Shown here piece by piece: positions 54,314 through 64,000 of a DNA stretch of 64,000 nucleotides; within the stretch, counting starts at the first letter, position 1; each line of letters opens with the position of its first letter. Both the position numbers and the translations under genes were made by a program. The stretch lies in NCBI RefSeq assembly GCF_009914755.1, contig NC_060940.1; one strand, 5' to 3'. This DNA comes from the human T2T-CHM13v2.0 reference genome, Homo sapiens. The notes under the pieces were generated by a model. That model was not told where the DNA came from. It did not search any database and worked only from the letters and a program-made list of their open reading frames with translations.

Positions 54314-55401
54314 TCATTACCATTAATTAATATATAGATATGCTTAAGTTGGATAAAAAACCTGAATGTACCTACATATTATTTATTAAAAACATACCTA
54401 AAAAGTAATTTTTGAAAGTAATGGGATGGAAGAAGCTATCCCAGGCAAATGCCAACCAAATATGTACAATATGTACAACTATCAGCATCACATAAAATAT
54501 CATTCAAGATGATAAAGGATAATTAGGGATTAAAATGATCATTATATAATTATTAAGGGGAAAATTCATCAGCTACGTTCAACTAACAACACAGCTTCAA
54601 AAATAAAAAGCAAAGATGATAGAATTACAAGAAGAATTTGACAAATCTACAATCGTAGTGGGAGATTTTAATAGACATTTTTCAGAAATTGATGGATCAA
54701 GGAAATGAAAACTGAGTAAGGATATTGAAGTTCTGAACATCATAGTAAATAAGCTTGGTCTAATGCACATGTTGAAGATGTACAACCTAAAAATTAAAAT
54801 ATATTCTTGTTAAATACACAGGGAATATTTATCAAAATATCCCAGGGCTACAAAGTGAGCCTCAACAAATACCAAAGACCCAATATTATGTAGACCACTT
54901 CCTCGAGAATGCAATAAAATTGAAAAAGAAATGCAGAAAGGAAGTCAAACCCTCCCCCCACTACATTTGGAAATGATAACACTTTTAAACAATTGATGCA
55001 CCAAGAAGAAATATAAAGGAACTTAGGAAATATTTAGACAAACAACCCAAACCACTGTCTATTACAGCATGAGGATCTTGATTCCAAAAATTCACGTGGA
55101 AGAGTAAAAGGTCAGGTCCAGTAGGAATTTGGGAAATACAAATGGAAACAGCAATGAGATTCTTTGATGCCTATTGGTAGGGTAAAAACTTAGAAAGTCT
55201 GACAATGACAAGCATTGGCAAGAATGAGTGAGATGACACGAACCCCCAACCCTGCTGCTGGAGGGGTAAACAGCAGAGCCGTTCTGAAGAGTGGCCGAGC
55301 ACACGGATGCCCTTCAACTCAGCAAGTAACCTCTAGGCATATACCCTGGAATGTCTACCCCTCATTAGTGGTTGTGAAATCCAAGGGTCTTAAACAGCTT
55401 T

Positions 55402-55450
55402 AAAAGGAAAGAAAGAAAGAAGGAAAGAAAGGAAGAAAGAAAGAAAGAAA

Positions 55451-55507
<57 letters not shown>

Positions 55508-56106
55508 GGAGGGAGGGAGGGAGAGAGAGAGAGAAAGAAAGAACAAAGAAAAAAAGAAAGAAAGAGAGAGAGAAAGAAAGAGAGAGAAAGAAAGGAAAAG
55601 AGAGAGAGAAGGGAGGAAGGGAAGGAAAGAAGGAAGGAAGGAGAAAAGAGAAAAAGATCAAGGAAGGAAGGAGAAAAGAGAAAAAGATCAAGGAAGGAAG
55701 GAGAAAAGAGAAAAAGATCAAGGAAGGAAGGAAAGAAGAAAGGAAGGAAGGAAGGAGAAAAGGAAGGAGAAAAGAGAAAAAGATCAAGGAAGGAAGGAAA
55801 GAAGAAAGGAAGGAAGGGAGGAGAGAAGGAAGGAGAAAAGAGAAAAAGATCAAGGAAGGAAGGAGAAAAGAGAAAAAGATCAAGGAAGGAAGGAGAAAAG
55901 AGAAAAAGATCAAGGAAGGAAGGAAAGAAGAAAGGAAGGAAGGAAGGAGAGAAGGAAGGAGAAAAGAGAAAAAGATCAAGGAAGGAAGGAGAAAAGAGAA
56001 AAAGATCAAGGAAGGAAGGAAAGAAGAAAGGAAGGAAGGAAGGAGAGAAGGAAGGAGAAAAGAGAAAAAGATCAAGGAAGGAAGGAAGGAGAAAAGAGAA
56101 AAAGAT
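55402..56106. repeat. Compound polypurine tract: (GAAA)n/(GGGA)n followed by a 30/66-bp-unit minisatellite
   Basis: Unit AGGAAGGAAGGAGAAAAGAGAAAAAGATCA; GATC at 55656, 55686, 55716, 55782, 55848, 55878, 55908, 55974, 56004, 56070. Confidence 0.95.
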
Positions 56107-56462
56107 GATAGTAAGATTAGGTATTAGTTTTGTAAAAATTGTGCACAAGTAAGTGTATGTGTGTGTGGCAATGTAAATACATTTTTTTCTGGGGGTTGTG
56201 GCAAAAAAAGAATTTTGTAGATACTGCTCTAAAGAAACTGTCACATTTGTACACAAGAGATAGAGCTAAGGGTACTCATTGCAGTGTTGGCAGTACTGAA
56301 AGCTGAAAAGTTCTAAATGTCTATCCATAATGTAATGGAAAAGAAAAGTTGTCTTTCTCTACTCAGTGGAATATTATCCTGCAGTTAAAATAAGCTAAAT
56401 ATACATATGTCAACATTTGAGAAATCTCAAAATCATAACGTTGAAGACACGTCTTCATGTAG

Positions 56463-56762
<300 letters not shown>

Positions 56763-57179
56763 AGCATGTCTCTAAATTTTAAAGATGCGTATATATTTGT
56801 GGTAAAAATACTGAGATATTCACGGGAAAGATCCACACCAACTTCAGGGTTATGCTTACATCTGAGGCGGAAGGTCGGGAGGAGACTAGGGCGGAGTATG
56901 TGCCTGGGGTGACTTGTGCTTTACCTGTAACATTATAGATGTAAACAAATCTGAATCAGATAAGGGAAAATGTGAACACTGGTACAATTTGAGTGCTAGG
57001 TACACAGATGGCTATAATCTTATTTACTTTATGTTTGAAATTGTTCACAAATAAAAACGTCAGAATTTAAATGATCACTATAAAAATACCTTCCGAGCAT
57101 CCCCTACCCAGGAGAGGCTCCCATCTCAAGCCGAATGGCCAGTGTGGACTCGGCCATTTGGAAAGGGATGCTTGCTGGC

Positions 57180-57700
57180 ATTTAAGCTTGAGGCCAGGCA
57201 GACAGAATGTAAATTTATATCACACACTCCGACGAAATCAATAGAGGTAATTTCCTGATTCAAACCCATAGATGTGCGTAGAATCATCCAGATCTACAGA
57301 GAACTATACACATGGAGAGGGAGCTCAGGGGGGCAATTTAGGGCCTGAATTATTCAGTGTCTGTCTCACGTCGCTGTCACTTTGGGCTTTAGTTGGGGCG
57401 TGGTGGAGAAACATGAATTCTGTTGCCGGACTGGACTCAGCTCAGATGCTCTGACAATAAAGACCTGTGATGAATGATAATTGCGTTTTCTCTGCATCAG
57501 TGTATGGAAATCTGTTTATAGATTTGGATTACAAATTCTGGAAGCTTTATATGTTTAATGATTTTTTTTCACCGACCTTAAAGTGCTCTGTACTATTTCA
57601 ACCATGACTCTGCTTAAATTCAGGCCACTGCTGAATTAACTCTGATTTTGCCCTGTGGAATTAACTTTTGTGATTAAGTCAAACTGGAAATGCCACTTAT
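57180..57700. promoter_or_regulatory. Candidate conserved non-coding element / enhancer
   Basis: Repeat-free, about 9 retained CpGs, dense GTAAAT/ATCAAT/TGACA/GATAATTG/TAATGA/AATTAA motifs; function inferred only. Confidence 0.35.
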
Positions 57701-58839
57701 CCCACCCCCAAGTTCTTCTTATGATTTAGAAAACAGGTTGGGAAGGGAAAAGACAGACATTTGGGAAAGAATGGTGAATGGCTGTTTTTCTTCCTTAGGC
57801 TTATAGGAGCCCTGTGATTCTAGACTTCATAACTGAAATCCCTGTTGAGCACAGAGTAGTCCATTGGGTCTCATTTGTGTTTCTCAAAGACCGAAGCAAC
57901 TGGCCATGAAGTTCAGTTCTAATAGGATTAAAAAATACAGCAGCAGGTAGATGGCTACAATATCAAAAGGTGCTGAGTGACATACACATTAGAAAAAGAA
58001 AACTGAATTAGCAGTGACATTTTTTGGCCTGAGGGCTTTTTTTTGGACTGTGGAAATAAAGACACACTTTGATCTATTCTACTTAGAACCTGACAAAACA
58101 TCAAGGCCAGAATATTGCCTCTAATCTTATTAGTCATTTCCAGACTGTATCCCTTCAGCTCCTCTGTTCCTTGCAGATAAGGCTGTGTGTTTCTCTGAAT
58201 GGACATTTTATGCTTCTGTTACAACAACCCCAGAAGGGAAGTCATGCTGGGCACTCGTAAGGGGTCTCGTGATTGTTGTGGGAAGCAGCTACTGGATTGG
58301 CCGTGACTCTGTTAGATTCATGAGATTTAAGTGTTCTTCCTCAGTGTGGAAACACCATCGCCAGAGGAAGTGAAATGTAAAAGATGGCAGGGAAATGACA
58401 GGCAAGTGAATATAAAATTATAAAAGACGCAAGCAGCAAAAACTCTCCTGTTGGCTAATAAAATGCTTCATTATTTTCTCAGAAAAAAAAGTAATGAAAT
58501 GGGACCTACCATTAGACACAATCTAAAAGTGTTTTTTTACATTTTGAAGATAAAAATTATGCCGCAGGCATTCAAGCAAGAAAACAGTTACCTTTGAAAA
58601 CAAACACAAACACAAAAGGAAAACAAAACAAAATATATATTTAAAAAAAGAATCTGGCAGGCTCAGACCTTTCTGCTTCAGCGACAAACACTGTCACAGA
58701 CTGAAGTGATGCCTCTACAACTTTGAGAAAAGAAGATTGTAACTCGATATGCATCCAAGTTGGTATTCGGGTATGAAGAAAACAGAAAAGCATTTCAGAG
58801 ATCCTCTTGTCAGGAGAAACAGGATTGCAAAGATATCCA

Positions 58840-59720
58840 AGTGAAAAGACCTCAGCATGTAGGACTTTGAAGCCCGCAGTAAGCGTCTGGAATTTTTTCT
58901 ATGGATTTTAAGCAAAGGAGTGATGTGATTCAATGGATGTTTTAAAAATATTAATCTAGCTTGCTGGGTAAAGAACAGACTAGAAGGCTAAGTGTAGGAG
59001 TGGGCATATGAATGAGGGGGTTTTGCACCCACCAGGTAAGAAATGATGAAGGCCTGGACTGGTGCAGTGATTGTCAAGAAAAAGAAGTAGTTGGATATGA
59101 GACCTCTTTTCCAGGAAGACTGCATAATAGGAATTGTGGATAAGTTGCCTTGGAGGTGGGCTGGGGTAGTGAAGGACTCAGAGAAGCCTTCAGGTTTTAA
59201 TTGTGAGTACTGGGAAGCTGGTGTTGCAACTTACGGAAGTGAGAAGGACTAGTGAAGGCATAAATTTAGGGTTGAAGATCAATGGACTGGTTCTGAACCA
59301 GTTTGAGAGACTGAAACTTCAGTGAGGCCAAGGAAGTAATTGGACATGCAAGTGTGGAATCATGAAAGATGTTCCCAGCTCCATACCTTTCTGTGCATCC
59401 GCTACTGACCCCTACTGATCCCTCACATTCTCCCAAACCTTCCCATTGACCCTCTAGGGCTCCTATACTGTGATCAATAAATGCACCATCCTTCAAATAT
59501 TACCTCATCAGTGAAGCATGTCCTAATCCAATATAAAGCAACATATTTCCCCTCCTTGGCCATCACCATCTGGCTTACTTTCTATGTTTATTTGTTTGTT
59601 TGTTTCGCCACACTAGACGGCAAGTCCATGAGATCATTGACTTTGTTTTGTTCACCAGTGTATCCCTACAGTCGAGAACAGTGCCTTGCATGATTGGGTA
59701 GATGCCCAATCAATATTGTT
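58840..59720. mobile_element. Two L2 fragments in opposite orientation (minus ~58840-59370, plus ~59370-59720)
   Basis: GGATTTTAAGCAAAGGAGTGATGTGAT; CCACACTAGACGGCAAGTCCATGAG..GAACAGTGCCTTGCA. Confidence 0.7.
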
Positions 59721-61190
59721 GCTGGTGACTAGAAGCCCAATAATCTGGATTTTAGCCTCAATTATAACGTCGTGAAACTTCCCTGAGATTCTTCTTAGTT
59801 GTGAGGTGGGGATCTTAGTGTCTGCCCTGCTAGCTCATGGAGCTGCTGTGACCATCAGGTGAATTATTGGACCCCATGGCTTAACTGCTAGAAAGATTTT
59901 GACATTTTCACAGGCCATGGCCTCATGCCAAAAATGCGAAGCAGACTGCATGAAACTCAATAAGGGGATGTTTGACAATTTTCTATATGATTTCCATGGG
60001 GGGAAAATGGGGTGGGGGATGAGGGCCCTAAAGAAATGAGCGTGTTCTCATAGGGAGTTCTCTGGTGAGTTCTGATCTTAAAATGATCAGTACATAAAAG
60101 ATAGAAAGAGGTGCTTAAAACTAAAGGTGAATACAAAAGAGTGGTGAGCATGGACAAGAATGGTCTCGGGGAGTTTGTGGCAAAAAAAAAAAAAAAGAGC
60201 TAAGGCTTGCAAAAATGTTAAGGACGAGAAGAATTGATTTGGGGGCACATTTGAAGCAAGAAGATAAATTACAGGACCGCGCCAACACATGACAGATTAA
60301 AAGCAGCACTTGGGTTTTAGTTTGTTTCCGGCAAAGAAAATGCTCTTCAGATTTGAAATAAGAAATCCTTAAAAACGAAACTTAAAGACCAAGGGAGGTA
60401 TGAAAAGAGACAACATTTTGCTTTGTTAAATAATATTGAGCCCCCGAACCTGGCATAACTGTCAACTCAATCTCCTTCTCCATTTCTTGGGCCTTTTATT
60501 TTCTCCCCCAGGCTTGGCACTCAGGTTAGCTATTGAGTTCTGGGTGTATTTCCGGCCAGTTCTTAGCTCAGTCTGATGAAAGAGAGATTAGGGAACCACA
60601 TCAGATGAAGACTTGTTAGAAAGAATAACTCTGCTCTAGAGGGGCCTCTCCTGATCCTTATGATCAGGCTTGAAGAGGCATGACCAGTTGAGCATGTGCA
60701 TGCTTGTTTGTGTGTTTGTACGTGCACGAGGGTTATTTCTTTACAAGGGAGGTCAAGGGAGGTTTCTTCTGATGATAGGAAACTAGACTTTATTGTCACC
60801 ATCTCCTCTGCCAGAGGTAGGAGAGTTTGGCGAACACGAGGGCTGTGGTCCCCTGCTGCTAAGAAGCACAACATACACATACTTTTGGATTTTCCAGCCT
60901 CTTACTAAATACTCCAAGAAAAGTTGATAAGGCCTTGCCTTCTCTTCTGGGAGCCCCACAAAACATTTGTGAGATAGAGAAAACCCTGGGAAGGTTGTTG
61001 GAGTTAAACCCCAAATAAAAATTGCTAATCTTATTCAACAAAGTAATGTTTCTGCATCGTGGTTGTTGGATAGCAATATTGACCATCTCAGATCATAGTT
61101 CTGACCTAATACAATATAGCAAATTTAGCCTTTATCTTGGTCCTTAAAATGCTAATCCTGCATCAAGATCTCTCAATACCCTTTTTCCCC

Positions 61191-61607
61191 TGTGTTAGGT
61201 CATTTTTGTGTTGCTATAAAGGAATACCTGAGACTTCGTAATTTATAAAGAAAAGAGGCTCAATTGGCTCACGGTTCCACAGGCTGTACAGGAAGCATGG
61301 TGCTGGCATCTGTTTCTGGTGAGGCCTCAGGAAACTTACAATCATCGTGAAAGGTGATGGGGTGCCAAAGTGTCACATGGTGAAAGTGAGAGAGCAGGAG
61401 AAAGACAGGGAAGGTGCCAAACTCTTTTAAACAACTGGCTGTCACGTGATCTGAGCAAGAACTCACTCATCACCAAGGGGAAGGCACTAAGCCATTCATG
61501 AAGGATCCGCCCCCATAACCCAACAACTTCCACCAGGCCCCACCTCCAATACTGGGGATTACATTTCAACACGAGATTTGGAGAGGACACACATCCAAAC
61601 TATATCA
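61191..61607 (-). mobile_element. MSTB solo LTR
   Basis: TGTGTTAGGTCATTTTTGTGTTGCTATAAAGGAATACCTGAGAC..ACATCCAAACTATATCA; TSD TCCCC / CCCCC. Confidence 0.92.
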
Positions 61608-62769
61608 CCCCCATTCTTTATAAGGCCATTGGTGGAAAACATCTTTCAAAATTTAACTATCACTTGATACTTGGGAATGACTCATTATCCATGTTGATAT
61701 GCTTTAATCCACTTATAAATGCTTTGTTCTAGAGCCCCTTTCCCCTGCTGACCTGGCCTTAGTGTGTTCTTCTTGACCTCTCTTTTTCATTGTCCGAACT
61801 CATAATTTACCCATTATCTCCCTGGTGGAATGACCTTGGCTGTTGCACTCTGGACTGGACACTGGGTTTCCATGTGGTCATCTGACTATTGGGATCCAAC
61901 TCTGCCCCCAAGGGGTTCCCATTTTCCCAGTTAGTAAGAATGGGATTCCATTTTGATTTCCATTCTTTGCTCTTATTCTTACAAATTGTTTATGCTTTCC
62001 ATCTCCCATCCCCATGGGGATCACCATCCTCACTCTTGCTGGCGGCTGGGTCCTGCCACCCACAAGGAGGCTTCTCAGACAGTGCCTTTCTGTCTTCCTG
62101 GGCTTCTGAGCACTGTTCCTCTGGGGGCTCTCCCCTGACACCCATATGCCATTACTCTCCACAGCAGCCAGGGTGCCAGGCAACCACTTAGTTACACCAT
62201 GACCACGGAAGATCATACAGGCATACACACAGGAGACCACATCTTGCTAATTGAACCTGGGAGGTCAGCCCCTGCTACTTTCCATGTCTTTTCCTTACTA
62301 GAAACAGAATCTAGTCTAGATTATGGTCTGTCTGCCCTGCCTACTTGATCTTGCTGTGAATTCTCTATTCTTCCTGACTCCCTTTGAACGATAGTAGTTC
62401 TAAAACTTATAAATATGGGATTCCCAAACAACTGCCAGTAACCATTTGACTTTTTGACAGGCAGATGCTGAGTCTCATTCATCTTTCTAGCCTGGGGCAG
62501 CGAGCAGCTACAATGTTTATAGGAAGAAAAATCAGGAGACTAGAACAAGAGGCTAATCTTTGTTTCCATAAAATGGCAAATTCCAACAAGCAAAATAGAG
62601 TTAAGTGGTGAAACCCTAAATAAACCCTTGCAATTTTGGTTTGTGGTACTTGGGAAAGAATGACAGTCACCAAGTGAGTCATATGAAATTGACCTAATTC
62701 CCTGATTCCGAGGGGATAAGTCTCGGGGGTATAATATAGAGGTTGTCTATCTCAATCTTTTTAAAAACT

Positions 62770-63156
62770 ATATATGTTTATATATACATATATATGTTAT
62801 GTATGTATGTGGTAAATACAATTCTCCATTTTAACCATTTTTAGATGTACATTTCAGTGGCAATAAGTATATTCACATTGTTGTATGACCATCACCATCA
62901 TCCAGCTGCAGAACTTTTTCACCCTCTCAAATTGAAAATCTACCCAGTAACTTCCCATTCTCTCTTCCCCCAGCTGCTGGCAGCCACTGTTCTACTTTGT
63001 CTCTATGCATTTAGTGACCCTAGGAACCTCGTATAAGAGGAATCATACAATATTTATTCTTTTGCTACTGCTTTATTTCACTTAGCATAAGGTCCTCAAG
63101 ATTCATCCATGTGTAGCATGCATCAGAATTTCCCTTCTTTTTAAGGCTGAATAATA
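62770..63156 (-). mobile_element. Short L1MB 3' end
   Basis: CCATTTTAACCATTTTTAGATGTACATTTCAGTGGCAATAAGTATATTCACATTGTTG; TSD-like GTCTATCTCAA / GTATATCTCAG. Confidence 0.85.
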
Positions 63157-63264
63157 GTATATCTCAGTTTTAAAAAGACAGAGTTTCTCCCACTATCCTA
63201 TAGGAATTCAGACAGAGGGATGAGATATGGAGACATCACAGAATCCATGCATCTGGAGGAAGCT

Positions 63265-63990
63265 GTCTCGGGAAGTTCCACAATATTCTTGTCCAGGCTC
63301 TGCCCTGGACAACATTTCTAACAATGACTTAAGTAAGGCCCCAGGAGGGCTGCCAAGCTAATAACTTGTGAATGACACAAAATTGGGCCTAATAGCTCTT
63401 CCGTCAAATGATGAATACAGATTCAAAATATGTAGTATACTAAAATGGTCTACTGAAACAAAGGAGATGAAATTTAACAGCAATACATATAATTTACTAA
63501 AATTAGGCTAAGGTGCACACGCGCCTATGTGTGCATGCACAGAAGTGCGTGAACAAACACACACACAACTGCAGAAGCACGGGATGGACTACAACTGCCT
63601 AAGAGCAGCACAACCAAGAGTTGTGGGTTTTAATTGACCACAGACTCAGTCTGAGTCAACAGTGGGATGTGGTTGCCAAAAAAGCAACTAATGTGATCCA
63701 GAGGGGCATTAATAGAAGCACGACGTTCAGAGCAAGGCAGGAAATAGCTGGTCTGCAGGCCCTGATGGTTAGGCCGCCCCTGGAATGTTGTGCTCAACTG
63801 GGTACTGCAGTTTATGAGGGATATAAAAAAAAAAAACTGGAGGGCATTTGGCAGAGGGTGAATGGTCTGGAAAACGTGCTGCATAAGAAGCAGGAAGCAA
63901 ACCAGGAAATTTAGCAGATAGAAAAGAGAACTTTGCAGGGGCCACACAGAGGGTGGCTTTGCAATTTGGAAGGCCTGCTTCTGTGTAGCA
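63265..63990 (+). mobile_element. CR1/L3 LINE reverse-transcriptase remnant
   Basis: EVPQYS..NISNNDL and VNDTKLG (cf. GVPQGS..FNIFINDL, FADDTKLG); ORF 63621..63914 WVLIDHRLSLSQQWDVVAKKA..INRS..MVRPPLECCAQ matches the CR1 ORF2 C-terminal pattern. Confidence 0.85.
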
Positions 63991-64000
63991 TTAGGAAATG

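Noticed and set aside
55365-56256. 236-aa and 288-aa minus-strand ORFs
   Set aside because: Translation of a polypyrimidine repeat that cannot encode stops; F/L/S/P low complexity
57134-57158. Short inverted repeats (also ~59691-59712 and ~56442-56458)
   Set aside because: 7-10-bp stems are expected by chance in 64 kb

Overview
Repeat-dense primate (most likely human) non-coding DNA that looks like a gene desert or large intron. I find no protein-coding gene, RNA gene, CpG island or CRISPR array; the long ORFs in the track derive from Alu, L1, LTR, CR1 or microsatellite sequence. Much of the window is recognisable transposon debris: Alu/FLAM/FRAM, L1PA/PB/MA/MB/ME, L2, MIR, CR1/L3, solo LTRs (THE1, MST, MLT1, MLT2, LTR16/33/40/41) and hAT/Tigger DNA elements, often nested. 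Subfamily names come from recalled consensus motifs; boundaries without TSDs are approximate. I do not see a new biological system. The most unusual directly visible signals are: (1) templated-insertion scars, namely a 108-bp unique segment copied from 3.9 kb away into an Alu with repeated template switches, a 75-bp copy from 1.9 kb away, and a small deletion-plus-duplication in an L1; (2) an ancient non-LTR retrotransposon EN/RT fossil (L4/RTE-X-like) in what looks like unique sequence at ~16.5-18.1 kb; (3) a twin-primed, 5'-inverted L1; (4) a polypurine VNTR with 30/66-bp units; (5) several repeat-free islands rich in homeodomain motifs that may be developmental enhancers.
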